Source: Candidatus Micrarchaeota archaeon (GTDB taxonomy: Archaea > Micrarchaeota > Micrarchaeia > Anstonellales > Bilamarchaeaceae). Taken from it: 64,000 nt of DNA. The stretch covers positions 115,120 through 179,119 of the forward strand of contig JBBSVO010000003.1 of assembly GCA_038046805.1 (NCBI GenBank), given 5' to 3'. How positions within the stretch are numbered: the stretch's first letter is position 1; each line of letters begins with the position of its first letter. The position numbers and the translations under genes were made by a program. Under the pieces are notes generated by a model that was not told where the DNA came from, did not search any database, and was given only the letters and a program-made list of their open reading frames with translations. Of the stretch, positions 9,987 through 20,037 are shown piece after piece.

Positions 9987-10490
9987 TCACTTCCTTGTTT
10001 TCACATACTTGAACGCATCATGTCCTGCATGGACTTTAACATAATTTTTCACGAACGCAAGAAATGCGCGCGGTTTTTCAACTACTAGTCTTCTATCACG
10101 CACCCGCGCACCAAAACCAAGCCTAATGAGAATCATCTCATCCTGTTTTCTAGGACGCTCAATATATATGAAACCCTTTTCATCAATCCCGCCCGCAGAA
10201 TCAAACATCCCGGCAAGATAACTCGCAGCGTATTCATTCAGGTATTTGAACCGCTCGAGCTGCTCGTCTTCAACATCCTGAAAGAATTTTCTATAAGCAG
10301 TATGATAAAAGTAAACGCTGTCTTGAGTGGCAAGAAGCTTGTCGCTGGTCGTAAGTCCCAGGTCTATTGCATCTTTGGAAAAAATCTCGCAAAAAGAACT
10401 CTCTCCATAAACCCCAATTCCTTCCTTTGTCCTGCGCTTGCGCCAGAAACCAATCACATATGAAAGTTCGGGAGTAAGTTTTATTTTCAT
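9987..10490 (-). CDS. Stand-alone LAGLIDADG-like domain protein
   Basis: Two motif-like helices: LTPELSYVIGFW (degenerate) and AASYLAGMFDSAGGI. Confidence 0.65.
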   Translation of the reverse strand: MKIKLTPELSYVIGFWRKRRTKEGIGVYGESSFCEIFSKDAIDLGLTTSDKLLATQDSVYFYHTAYRKFFQDVEDEQLERFKYLNEYAASYLAGMFDSAGGIDEKGFIYIERPRKQDEMILIRLGFGARVRDRRLVVEKPRAFLAFVKNYVKVHAGHDAFKYVKTRK

Positions 10491-10544
10491 GAGATATTCA
10501 CCCAGTATGGAAAATATAAATCGTACTGATACAACATATCAGAA

Positions 10545-10967
10545 TCAATGCATCAGAATCTTCTTTGGAACAGATAGTATTTTTTCCTCTCGTTTTCCAA
10601 CTGCAAGCTCAGCAACTTCGGAATTCAAAAATTCATCGCGCTGAAGCGTCAGCCATCTGGCAACCTTGAACGGAACTCCGGCTCTTTTGAACATATCCCT
10701 TAATTCATTTTGTTCTGACTGGGAAAACGGCTCCCTGCCAGATGAAATCCGATCGTTTGCAGTATTAAGGAGCAGTGAAAAACGTTTGATATCTAATTCT
10801 GAGGATTTTCCAGTGCCAAGTGCTGTAAGAAGTCCGCGCGCGAGAATTGTGTTTCGCTTCTTTGTTTTATCAAGAAGTCGTTTCAGGCTGGAGGCATCCC
10901 GCTCTCCGAGTTTTCCGAATCGTGCAGAATCAAGCACCCTTTTCGCGAAATCTTCAAAGAATCCCAT
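10545..10967 (-). CDS. Hypothetical protein
   Basis: 140-aa ORF with SD-like AGAGGA. Confidence 0.6.
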   Translation of the reverse strand: MGFFEDFAKRVLDSARFGKLGERDASSLKRLLDKTKKRNTILARGLLTALGTGKSSELDIKRFSLLLNTANDRISSGREPFSQSEQNELRDMFKRAGVPFKVARWLTLQRDEFLNSEVAELAVGKREEKILSVPKKILMH

Positions 10968-10992
10968 AAAAATTCCTCTAAATTTTTATACT

Positions 10993-11131
10993 CCAATTGA
11001 ACGTCGCAACGTTCAATGGACCATAAAACGTTTCAACGTTTTATTGGTGTCGAAAATCTCGGATTTTCTCCATGTCGCGAACGACGATTCGTTCGCGAGC
11101 ATGTTCATGAATGCAATGCATTCACGACATC
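10993..11131. repeat. Two double-hairpin elements (10993-11047 and 11071-11131) separated by a short hairpin
   Basis: ccaATTGAACGTcgcaACGTTCAATggaccATAAAACGTttcaACGTTTTATtgg; catgTCGCGAACGAcgatTCGTTCGCGAgcatgtTCATGAATGCaatGCATTCACGAcatc. Confidence 0.85.
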
Positions 11132-11161
11132 CCATAATATAATCCCCGTACAAACTGGGCG

Positions 11162-13432
11162 CTAAAGATTCTTAATCTTGTTCTTCCAGTCATCAACCGC
11201 TTCCTTGAACTTCGCCCTTTCTACAACCACTATACTCTCAACATCCCGGTATTTTATGAGCGCAAGAACGACTTTCCCCCCGACTACGGCGACGCTTCCA
11301 TATTCATGCATGTGCATTTTCTGTGAAAGGGTCCGCAGATAGGAAAGAAGCTTCACTGCAAGAACGCCAAACACAGTCCCGCTTCCACCGTCTGCTACCT
11401 GAACAACTGTAAGTTTTCCGCTTTTCACTACTGCAACGCCGCGCATCAGATTTTTATCAAGAAGGAGCTTTGTCGCATCCTCTGCACTCATAGTTTTTTT
11501 CTTTATAACGTTTCCTTCAAATGAAAAACCAAGATCCTCGTGCTCTTTTGCATATCTTGAAAGAGCCCATAATCTAAGTGAGGATGGAATTGTAAGAAGA
11601 TTCGAAGCATATGCCTCATTCTTATCACGCAAAAGCGCGGTGATATTATCGCTCCATTTTGGCCAACTCTCCTCGGAAACTCGCTTTTTCTCATGCAGGC
11701 TGTCCATAGCCCCTTCAACCTTCTCAAGCATTTCCGAGATCGTTTTCTTTGCGTAGTTATCAGCCTTTGACAAAAGAGTGTCTATATGTTGAAGTGAAAT
11801 CGTACTTAGGAGATCGTATTCTTCACCTACTTCAAAACCATTTTTTCCGAGCTGGTCCACCAGGCTTTTAAGTTCCCCGATTTTTGACTTAAGCTGAGTT
11901 ACGTTTGCAGCAAAAACATCTTTTTCTTCTTTTATCGCCTGCCCGTAAATGCGCTCAAGCGCATATATTCTGACGAAATTATCCACACTGCTATATAGGA
12001 GAAGCATGCCTGCAGCAACTCCAAACCATGCACCGAATCCATAATAGTCTTCAAAAACGAGCGGAATAAAACGAAGAACATCAAATTCGCTGTCACCTGT
12101 TTTGGCAAGAAATAGAGATATTCCAATGCCAACAACAAACAAAAGAACTCCAAGTCCCGCATCGGTCTTCCAGCGCATTTCGGTTTTTCCAATCACTCTT
12201 TTGAACGCAGCAGTATTATTTTCGTGTTGTGACCGCGCTTTCAATAGATTAAATGCAACCAGCGCCATAGAATAGAAGAAGAGGATTATAATGATCGTAA
12301 GTGCTGTTGCCACACCAAGAGAAATAAAGTAATTTTTTGTGAACGAATGAAACAAATCAAAAATGGCAATGCTCGGTTTGAGGGCATCTGTGCTTATGCT
12401 TTTGATTATTATAACCGGTCTGTCCAAACGCTCAGCAACATCAGAAGGCGCCATTGTAGATGTGAACTCATAGAAAAGAATTGATTTTTTATTTACATAC
12501 GGTTTTATCGTAGGCCAACTGATTTCGCCCTTGTCGCTTTTTATCTGCTGCGGGGAAACAAATTCAGAAGAAAGTGCTGCAATTGAAGGCGTAACAACAT
12601 CTTTTACGATAAGGTCGCTATATACACCATTTTTTACATCTCCTGTGCGCTCCAGTTCCAAAAAGACATAATAACGATAAGATGAAGGTTTCATGCTGTA
12701 TGCGACCAATCTGTCAAGCATTTCGCGGAGATTGTCCGCTCCGTATGTCCCCATGTCACAAATCCCGAACACATCTGATTGGGAGAGCGGATTTGCATTA
12801 ATGGCAGCCACAAAGGATTCTATTTCAAGGATCCGGCTTACCATGTCTGATTTTTTTGAATCAGAAGTTTCCGCATCCTTGAGCGACGGTATCTTGTTTT
12901 GTAGGGAAACAGTGGCATCGTATATTCCGCTGTTTGCCTTGACGTATGAAAGAATGAAATGACCCAGAATGTCAGGATAATCCTCGACAAGCTTTTTGCA
13001 TTTTTGGGAGCTGGATGAACAAAGTTTTGAACACGTCGCCTCATCAAGACATCTTACTCCGCTAAGGCCTATCGCACCGCCACATTCCTTGTCGGCATCT
13101 GCCTTTTCCTTTATGAAATTCTCAAAAAGTGATTCGATCTTGTCTGCATCTTCCGAACTGAGTTCCTTGAGCTGACTGGTTTCCACCGAATATGCCGGAA
13201 CCACGATCAGGTTTCTCCTAACAAGTATATCTGTGTCCTTGAGCCGATATGCTGTGAACGAATAGGTAAGGACATCCTGATAAAAATCGCCTTCTATATC
13301 GTAGGAATTCGAAGATAGTACTATTTCTTTCTTGTTTTCGGATGCAATTTTTTCACTTATGCAACCAGAAATCAACAGCACGGCAACAATGCTGAACAGC
13401 AGCATTACGCGCGTGATGCGCGGGTATTCCAT
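11162..13432 (-). CDS. Large membrane/lipoprotein: Cys-rich ectodomain, 3 TM, coiled coil, C-terminal alpha/beta domain
   Basis: Signal peptide with LISGC lipobox, clustered Cys, hydrophobic helices mid-protein. Confidence 0.8.
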   Translation of the reverse strand: MEYPRITRVMLLFSIVAVLLISGCISEKIASENKKEIVLSSNSYDIEGDFYQDVLTYSFTAYRLKDTDILVRRNLIVVPAYSVETSQLKELSSEDADKIESLFENFIKEKADADKECGGAIGLSGVRCLDEATCSKLCSSSSQKCKKLVEDYPDILGHFILSYVKANSGIYDATVSLQNKIPSLKDAETSDSKKSDMVSRILEIESFVAAINANPLSQSDVFGICDMGTYGADNLREMLDRLVAYSMKPSSYRYYVFLELERTGDVKNGVYSDLIVKDVVTPSIAALSSEFVSPQQIKSDKGEISWPTIKPYVNKKSILFYEFTSTMAPSDVAERLDRPVIIIKSISTDALKPSIAIFDLFHSFTKNYFISLGVATALTIIIILFFYSMALVAFNLLKARSQHENNTAAFKRVIGKTEMRWKTDAGLGVLLFVVGIGISLFLAKTGDSEFDVLRFIPLVFEDYYGFGAWFGVAAGMLLLYSSVDNFVRIYALERIYGQAIKEEKDVFAANVTQLKSKIGELKSLVDQLGKNGFEVGEEYDLLSTISLQHIDTLLSKADNYAKKTISEMLEKVEGAMDSLHEKKRVSEESWPKWSDNITALLRDKNEAYASNLLTIPSSLRLWALSRYAKEHEDLGFSFEGNVIKKKTMSAEDATKLLLDKNLMRGVAVVKSGKLTVVQVADGGSGTVFGVLAVKLLSYLRTLSQKMHMHEYGSVAVVGGKVVLALIKYRDVESIVVVERAKFKEAVDDWKNKIKNL

Positions 13433-13481
13433 GAACAGGGTTTAAATCTTTAGCTTTTAAACCTTTTTGAGGAGGTTGAAC

Positions 13482-14834
13482 ATGCAGGTTTCACAAATTC
13501 TAAAGAGTGTGCTTGAACGGATTTCACCGACAACGACAGAAGTTGAGGCAGAAAAAAGGTTTGCAGAAGAAAGCATGGATAAGCTCCGAAACTATGTTCC
13601 AGACGGAGCGCACGTAATGTTGATGGGATCTGTTGCTAAAGGAACCTTCCTACGCGGAAACATGGATGTTGATATATTTATCCTGCTTCCGAAAACGGTG
13701 CGACAGGATGAATTCGAAAGTATTGCAAAAAGGGCTGCTGCCGGAGCATTTCCCGGCCCGGACACAAGAATCATCATAAGGTATTCCCAGCACCCATACG
13801 TAAGCGTTTATGCAAAATCAGGGGGAGAAGAAAGGAAACTTGATATAGTTCCTGCTTATGAGATAAAAACCGCCAGCGAACGGATTACTGCGGTTGACCG
13901 CACAACATTGCATGTAAAATATATTTACAAAAATCTGAAACGCAGTGCAATTCCAGATGTACGTCTTCTTAAAAAATTCCTCAGGGCAGCAGGGGCATAT
14001 GGGGCAGAAATAAGGATTGAAGGTTTTTCCGGATATCTTTGCGAACTGTTGATAATAAAATATGGAAGTTTTATGCGTTTCCTGCGAGAGGCTGCACAAT
14101 GGAAAGAATCGACTCGCAACGAGAATAAAAAGAATGTTTTGATAATAGACCTTGCGAAATATTATCCACGCGCGCTTTATCCCAGGCTTATTGAAAAGTT
14201 CAAGGATTCTAGATTGATTGTTATAGATCCGACGGACAAAAACCGCAATGTTGCAGCGATTGTTTCCAAAGAAAGCATACGAAGACTATCATTGGTTGCA
14301 CGTGCGTTCATAAAAGCACCAACCGAAAAATACTTTTTCAGAACCGAAAATGAAATAATGGGGGAAAAAATGAATTATCTGAAAAAGAAGAGCGGAAAAA
14401 CTTACGAGATAGTATTTCCTGCTCCGCGAGTTCCCGAGGATGTGTTATGGGGACAATTGAAAAGAATGGCAAAGGACTTAGTAAATTATCTGGAAAGAAA
14501 TGACTTTGAAACAAGCGGAATTGTAGCCGATGCCAATGAGAAAGAAGCAAAAATTTTCATTGGGGTGAAAACAGAAACACTCGGAAAAATACGACTAATG
14601 TCAGGACCTCCTATGAAAAAAGAATTCGAAAAGAACCTAGAGGAATTCAAAAAGGCACACCCTAGATCAAGAATTATAATAAAAAAAGGAAAGACATTTG
14701 CAGAAGTCCAGAGAAGCCTTAGAGATTCAAATGACGCAATTTCAATGTTCTTTAAAACTCGGGTCTTACCATCCCATTTTATAGAAAAAAGAGGAGTAGT
14801 GACGATAAAAAGAATTGGTGGAGGGAAAAAGTGA
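13482..14834 (+). CDS. cca: CCA tRNA nucleotidyltransferase (class I)
   Basis: GSVAKGTFLRGNMDVDIF, YSQHPYV, AVDRT, YGAEIRIEGFSGYLCELLI, DPTDKNRNVAA. Confidence 0.96.
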   Translation: MQVSQILKSVLERISPTTTEVEAEKRFAEESMDKLRNYVPDGAHVMLMGSVAKGTFLRGNMDVDIFILLPKTVRQDEFESIAKRAAAGAFPGPDTRIIIRYSQHPYVSVYAKSGGEERKLDIVPAYEIKTASERITAVDRTTLHVKYIYKNLKRSAIPDVRLLKKFLRAAGAYGAEIRIEGFSGYLCELLIIKYGSFMRFLREAAQWKESTRNENKKNVLIIDLAKYYPRALYPRLIEKFKDSRLIVIDPTDKNRNVAAIVSKESIRRLSLVARAFIKAPTEKYFFRTENEIMGEKMNYLKKKSGKTYEIVFPAPRVPEDVLWGQLKRMAKDLVNYLERNDFETSGIVADANEKEAKIFIGVKTETLGKIRLMSGPPMKKEFEKNLEEFKKAHPRSRIIIKKGKTFAEVQRSLRDSNDAISMFFKTRVLPSHFIEKRGVVTIKRIGGGKK

Positions 14835-15913
14835 CAGACCAGAAGACGCGGTCAATAGTGATTGTAGCGATTATATTCCTGATAGTACTCTTTGGATGCC
14901 TGCAACAGGCAGGAAATGAAATTTCAAAAGAAAAAGCAAAGGAAAAATCCGGCGAAAAAGATAAGGTCAATGAAAACGAGGATATGACTCCGCTTCCGGA
15001 AATCGGATCGCAAACTGAAACAGAATCACAGACAACGACCGAGACCAAACCACCGACGGAATTTAACCCGAAATCATTTGGCAACCCAAATCCGAGAAGC
15101 GTCCAGCCACATCCCGAACAATGTTGCAATCATCCATATTATCATTATATAGTTAGTGCAGGTTCCGATAATGGATTAAATTGGCAGGAAGACAGCATAG
15201 ACACCGTGATCCGCGACCATGCAAGCGTTCCGGATTATGCAATACTTGACGATGGAACGCACATGCTCTATTTTGTTGACGGAGTTTACGACACGCTTGG
15301 CTGTATGGAATCAAAAGATGGTAAAACATTTGTTGAAGTTGAGTGCAGAATTTACAATTTTACAAAAGAAAAAGTCTGGGACCCGAACGTGGTAAGCATA
15401 GGAAACAGCACCTATCGCCTGTTTTTCTTTTCTCCGGAATTTGAACCAGGGATGGGGCAACCAAATGGGTTTGATCAGCCAAAAAATAGAATATTCAGCG
15501 CAATCTCAAAGAACGGAAAGGATTGGCTTATGGAATCTGGGGTTAGGTATGAGGATATTTCTATAACAGATCCTTCAGTCATCAAAAGAACTGATGGGAC
15601 ATGGTATATGTTTGTTTCACATGGAAATACGATCATCCAGGCCGAAAGCAGCGACGGATTAACATTCAAACGATTGCAGGAAATAAACACAATTGGGGGG
15701 GTTCCGGACGTAACACAAATCAATGGCAAATATTACCTGTTCACGTGTGCAAATGGAATAAGTTACTCGATTTCAGATAATCTCGTGGATTGGAGCAAAC
15801 TAAAAAACGCGATAAAACCATGGGGTGGTGGAGTGATTTGCGACCCAACTGTTGAGAAGACAAATGAAGGATATATGATGTTTTTGAAAAGAATGGGAAT
15901 GAATAAACAATAG
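14831..15913 (+). CDS. Lipoprotein with beta-propeller (GH43/sialidase-like) repeats
   Basis: LFGC lipobox; repeated SxDGxxW/F Asp-box-like and VPD/DP motifs. Confidence 0.7.
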   Translation: MTDQKTRSIVIVAIIFLIVLFGCLQQAGNEISKEKAKEKSGEKDKVNENEDMTPLPEIGSQTETESQTTTETKPPTEFNPKSFGNPNPRSVQPHPEQCCNHPYYHYIVSAGSDNGLNWQEDSIDTVIRDHASVPDYAILDDGTHMLYFVDGVYDTLGCMESKDGKTFVEVECRIYNFTKEKVWDPNVVSIGNSTYRLFFFSPEFEPGMGQPNGFDQPKNRIFSAISKNGKDWLMESGVRYEDISITDPSVIKRTDGTWYMFVSHGNTIIQAESSDGLTFKRLQEINTIGGVPDVTQINGKYYLFTCANGISYSISDNLVDWSKLKNAIKPWGGGVICDPTVEKTNEGYMMFLKRMGMNKQ

Positions 15914-15971
15914 AATCAAAGAAAAAACAGAAAAAGAAAAAATTCAAAAAAAATAAAGAAAGAACCCTGGT

Positions 15972-16226
15972 CTACTTTTCCGGCATTGTGATTGCATTAT
16001 CCGTGCTTTCAAACGAGAAATCTGGCTCCTCAATTATCGGAAGCTCATCCTCGCTTAGTTCAAGAGGCGGAAGGGAAGAGGAAGCAGATGGCGTTTTTGT
16101 TGAGCTGCCAGCCACGCCCGAAGCACCCGTTTTCCCAATCTGCCCGATGCAACCAAACAGCACCATTGCAAAGGCTACCAATACTACAACCACAAGTAGT
16201 GTTTTCATAAAAGACACCTTAGACAC
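15972..16226 (-). CDS. Small lipoprotein
   Basis: Hydrophobic leader ending LFGC; acidic tail. Confidence 0.6.
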   Translation of the reverse strand: MSKVSFMKTLLVVVVLVAFAMVLFGCIGQIGKTGASGVAGSSTKTPSASSSLPPLELSEDELPIIEEPDFSFESTDNAITMPEK

Positions 16227-16232
16227 TGCGTG

Positions 16233-17213
16233 CTACTGCAATACTCCGCCTTCAGGAGGCGCAGGTCCAGTAAAATTCTGACCGACTTCAACCTGTGTGG
16301 CAGCTGCGGCCGGACCTTGGGTAATCTTCTTATAAAGTACCCTCAGTTTTTGTGCTGCATCCTTTAGCTCCTTGACAACAGTTTCGAAATCTCCCTGGTC
16401 ATAAGCTTTTCCAGGCATTGTTTTGCCGGTTACATCCGCAAGCAATGCACGAATACTTTCCACATCTTCGTCGTATCCCATCGCAACCGCACGATCATTC
16501 ATTTTTGAAAGAACTGCATCTATTGAAGCGATTTGATATCTTGCCCAGACATGGAGATGCCTTTGCCTGAGTTCTTTTTCCTTTTCAATTACTTTTTGAC
16601 CATCTCCGGTAGATACAGCATCTTCCAGCTCAGATACTTTCTCATCGGCCTCTGAAACAACATCACTCATATTGGTTGTGTCGATTCCCTTTTCTTTCAG
16701 TTTATTTATCCTCTCAAGCTGTTTTGCTCTCCATTCCTTTACATAATCAACTTGAGCATTCCCTACATGAAGCGCGTTCTCTCGAAGACACTCTGCCATA
16801 GTCTGCTTGTTTTCAACAAAACTCTTCCTGAGAGCAAGACGCATATCCTTGTCTTTTCTGACCGCGTTCTTTACGTCATTATAGGTCAGGACAACATCTT
16901 TACCGTCTTGCAAGAGCAGTTGCATTGCATCAAGGAAACCTTTTCGGTCGCCATTCTCTGCAGCAGATTTCAATGTTACAAGATCCGTACCAATCTTTTC
17001 CCGTAATGCATCAACGCTTATATTGTACTTTGTTCCAAGACCAATGTCTTTTGCATCCTGCAGAATGCCATCATAAAATAAGGCCCTGCAAGCAACCTGA
17101 CCGTATTTTGCGACTAGTACATCGTTCTTGAGTTCCTTAAGCGCACCACCTTGCGCCATCACAAGCATGGAAAGCGCAAAAAACGCAAACACAAATTTCA
17201 ACCCACTGTTCAT
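16233..17213 (-). CDS. Secreted alpha-helical hypothetical protein
   Basis: Signal peptide from ATG 17213 (GGGTGA SD); helical, charged body. Confidence 0.75.
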   Translation of the reverse strand: MNSGLKFVFAFFALSMLVMAQGGALKELKNDVLVAKYGQVACRALFYDGILQDAKDIGLGTKYNISVDALREKIGTDLVTLKSAAENGDRKGFLDAMQLLLQDGKDVVLTYNDVKNAVRKDKDMRLALRKSFVENKQTMAECLRENALHVGNAQVDYVKEWRAKQLERINKLKEKGIDTTNMSDVVSEADEKVSELEDAVSTGDGQKVIEKEKELRQRHLHVWARYQIASIDAVLSKMNDRAVAMGYDEDVESIRALLADVTGKTMPGKAYDQGDFETVVKELKDAAQKLRVLYKKITQGPAAAATQVEVGQNFTGPAPPEGGVLQ

Positions 17214-17351
17214 ATTTTTCACCCGCAGGCCAATCGCCAGCAAAATACATTGCGAACCGCCCCTATTTATATAAACTGTCGAAAAACTTTGGAAAAGCTT
17301 TTTTTTTGGAATGGGAGAAGAATTAAAAAGGCTGATTTCCATTCGTATGTC

Positions 17352-18086
17352 ATGCGGACAATTGTTGCAGTACTCTTGATTCTCACTTTACTACATGCTA
17401 CCACAGTATATGGAGAAATTTATGATGGGGAGGAGTTTGAACTCTTAAACAACGCAGTGATAAAGGTATCTGGACTAACAACCCTTCAACTTGTTGCCAA
17501 TGAGAATTACAGTATTGAACTTGAACCGGGAGAGTATCAGGTAACAACGCGATTCTACGAGAATGGAACAATGAAATATTATTCAAAGGACAAAGTAACT
17601 GCAGCTGGAAACGAAACAAGATTTGATATAGTTGTTTTCCCCGTAGATCCGCAACTAATAGATGATTTTGATATAGATATCCCGATACCACATCAACCAG
17701 GACTGGGAGGAACTAACTTATTCAAGAGTGAATTAGACGAGATTCTGTTCCTTGTAGTGATTGCAACTCTGGTTGGAATAATGTTATTTTTCTTACTCAA
17801 AAAGACGGAAAGAACGGAATTGAATTCGGAAAACGGCGAGGGGGTAAAGATACCTGTGGAAAGCCAAGGATTCGAACCAGAGAAAGAGTATGAAATTGAC
17901 GAGGACGGAAAGCGCGTGCTGAAGATTCTTGGTGAAAACGAAGGTAGGATGATACAAAAAGAATTGCGGAACATAATGAATTTTTCAGAGACAAAAATGA
18001 GCCTGGTGATTTCCGAACTTGAAGCATGCGGATTGGTGAAGAGAATAAAAAAAGGAAGGGAGAATATACTTAAGCTTGTAAAATAA
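17352..18086 (+). CDS. Membrane-anchored protein with C-terminal winged HTH (COG2512-like)
   Basis: Signal peptide, TM, then EGRMIQKELR..FSETKMSLVISELEACGLVKRIKKGRENIL. Confidence 0.8.
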   Translation: MRTIVAVLLILTLLHATTVYGEIYDGEEFELLNNAVIKVSGLTTLQLVANENYSIELEPGEYQVTTRFYENGTMKYYSKDKVTAAGNETRFDIVVFPVDPQLIDDFDIDIPIPHQPGLGGTNLFKSELDEILFLVVIATLVGIMLFFLLKKTERTELNSENGEGVKIPVESQGFEPEKEYEIDEDGKRVLKILGENEGRMIQKELRNIMNFSETKMSLVISELEACGLVKRIKKGRENILKLVK

Positions 18087-18118
18087 AAGATTGAAATAAA
18101 GGAACGAAACGTGATATT

Positions 18119-19234
18119 ATGAAACACACGATTGCGACATTGGGGAGTCATTCCGCGCTTGACGTATGCGAAGGCGCGATGCAGGAAGGTTTTGGCACTC
18201 TTGTAGCAGCTCAACGGGGGAGGGAGAAAACCTATCTCGGATACTACAAAAAAAGAAAGCGTGGGAAGGGAAAGAATGCGGAAACCGTAGGAGTAATTGA
18301 CGAAGTCCTTCTCCTGAATAAATTTTCAGACATCACACAGGCGGAAAAAATAAATTTCATGAAAAAACGGAATTGTATATTTGTTCCGAACCGCTCGTTT
18401 TCCGTATACGTTGGCTATGATGCGATTGAGAACACGAAGGTATTTCCTATACCTATTTTCGGAAACCGCTATCTTCTTAGGGCGGAAGAGCGGGATGCTG
18501 AAAAAAACCAGTATTATCTGATGGAAAAGGCGGGAATACGGTATCCGAAAACGATCAGCTCTCCTGAGAAGATTGACAGGCTTTGCATAGTAAAAGTAAG
18601 CGAAGCAAAGCGAAGTTACGAACGCGCGTTTTTCCTTGCATCTAATCCAGAGGAATATGCAACAAAAAGTGCGCAGCATTTGCGTGAAGGGAAGATAACC
18701 CGCGAAGGGCTTGCAAAGGCACGAATAGAAGAATTCGTAATTGGCGCGCAATTCAATCTCAACTTTTTCTACTCACCAGTTCATGAAGAGCTTGAACTGC
18801 TCGGACTGGACACAAGGCGCCAGACCAACCTTGACGGCCTGCTCAGAATGCCAGCGGACGTCCAGCTTGAGGCACTAAAGAGCATGCACCCGAGAAATAT
18901 AGAAGTCGGACATATCGCCTGCACGATCCGCGAATCATTGCTTGAGCAGGTGTTTGATTTGGGCGAACGATTCGTGGATGCAGTTCAGAAAGAGCCTAAA
19001 TACAAGGCAGGTCTCATCGGTCCGTTTGCGCTCCAATGCGCGATTACCGAAGAGGACGGGAAGGAAGATTTCGTCTGCTTTGACATTTCGTTCCGTATGC
19101 CTGGTTCCCCTGGAACGCGGTTCACACCGTATTCGGAATATTTATTCGGAAAATCCGTTTCGTTCGGAAGAAGAATTGCGATGGAAATAAAAAAAGCGGA
19201 AAGAGAGAAGATGATTGGAAAGGTAACTACGTAA
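18119..19234 (+). CDS. purP: PurP-family ATP-grasp (FAICAR synthase-like), paralog 1
   Basis: IATLGSHSALD, FVPNRSFSVY, TNLDG, EVGHIACTIRESLL, GPFALQ, GRRIAMEI. Confidence 0.9.
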   Translation: MKHTIATLGSHSALDVCEGAMQEGFGTLVAAQRGREKTYLGYYKKRKRGKGKNAETVGVIDEVLLLNKFSDITQAEKINFMKKRNCIFVPNRSFSVYVGYDAIENTKVFPIPIFGNRYLLRAEERDAEKNQYYLMEKAGIRYPKTISSPEKIDRLCIVKVSEAKRSYERAFFLASNPEEYATKSAQHLREGKITREGLAKARIEEFVIGAQFNLNFFYSPVHEELELLGLDTRRQTNLDGLLRMPADVQLEALKSMHPRNIEVGHIACTIRESLLEQVFDLGERFVDAVQKEPKYKAGLIGPFALQCAITEEDGKEDFVCFDISFRMPGSPGTRFTPYSEYLFGKSVSFGRRIAMEIKKAEREKMIGKVTT

Positions 19235-19282
19235 AATAAGGTAAGTGAACTACCCACGGCTGAAGCCGTGGGCTTCCACGAC

Positions 19283-19756
19283 TCAAAAGAAAGCAGATAG
19301 TTGCGCCTGTTTTGCTTCCTCCCTTGCGTCGTAAATTGACTGGTTTAATTCCTTGAACTTATGCCCTTCAATGTAATGCCCTATGGTATCTGATTTTACG
19401 TTGCTTATGCTCCTGCAAAACTTTCCGGGAGACCAGAAATGTCCTTTCCCGAATACGTTTCTCAGCCATGGAAAAGCGGCAAAAACCGAATGGCTTGACC
19501 TGCCCTTGAAAAGCCTCATGGCTTCTGACGGACTCGTATTGAATGGCAGGGAAACGAAAAGATGCACGTGCTCGGAGGCAATTTCCATGGAGTGAATCAA
19601 AATATTGTATTGGTGGGCAGTGTTAATTATGCTCTGCCACAAAAACCGTTTCACATCACCAACCATTACTGCTTTTCTGTATTTCGGGCACCACTCAAGA
19701 TGAAACTGATTTAAACCCACGCTCCTATTACTTGATACAAAGCTTACGCTAGTCAT
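19283..19756 (-). CDS. tnpA: IS200/IS605 Y1 (HUH) transposase
   Basis: HLEWCPKYRK, EHVHLF (HUH), FKGRSS, FWSPGKF, catalytic Y in HYIEGH. Confidence 0.95.
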   Translation of the reverse strand: MTSVSFVSSNRSVGLNQFHLEWCPKYRKAVMVGDVKRFLWQSIINTAHQYNILIHSMEIASEHVHLFVSLPFNTSPSEAMRLFKGRSSHSVFAAFPWLRNVFGKGHFWSPGKFCRSISNVKSDTIGHYIEGHKFKELNQSIYDAREEAKQAQLSAFF

Positions 19757-19776
19757 TTCAACAACTCCGTAGCCGT

Positions 19777-19838
19777 CTTGTCAAGAACGACGAATCGTTC
19801 TTGATCATGCTCGTGAACGAAACGTCGTTCACGACATC
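19777..19838. repeat. Double-hairpin element upstream of tnpA
   Basis: cttg-TCAAGAACGA cgaa TCGTTCTTGA-t-catg-c-TCGTGAACGA aacg TCGTTCACGA-catc. Confidence 0.85.
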
Positions 19839-19956
19839 TCTTGGAAGGTTGTGCGCCGCCTGCGGCGGCGCGCCGGCTACAGGGCATAAAAACAGTGAAA
19901 AAATAAGAAGAAAACGAATTTTTGACATAAAAAAAGAAGGGGGTCGCTTTCATCTA

Positions 19957-20014
19957 CGCGAATGAACGGCGCTCCGTTCATTGCGCCCATTGTTCGAGCC
20001 GTCGAACAATCGGG
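19957..20014. repeat. Double-hairpin element inserted at the IS end hairpin
   Basis: cgc-g-AATGAACGG cgct CCGTTCATT-gcg / ccc-ATTGTTCGA gccg TCGAACAAT-c-ggg (58 bp; same layout as 7907-7964 reversed). Confidence 0.85.
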
Positions 20015-20037
20015 ACGGCTAAAGCCGTGTTGCTGAG

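Noticed and set aside
19757..19956. tnpB/iscB or omega-RNA remnant inside the IS
   Set aside because: No RuvC or zinc-finger coding remnant; the 66-aa ORF there is read through a hairpin repeat.
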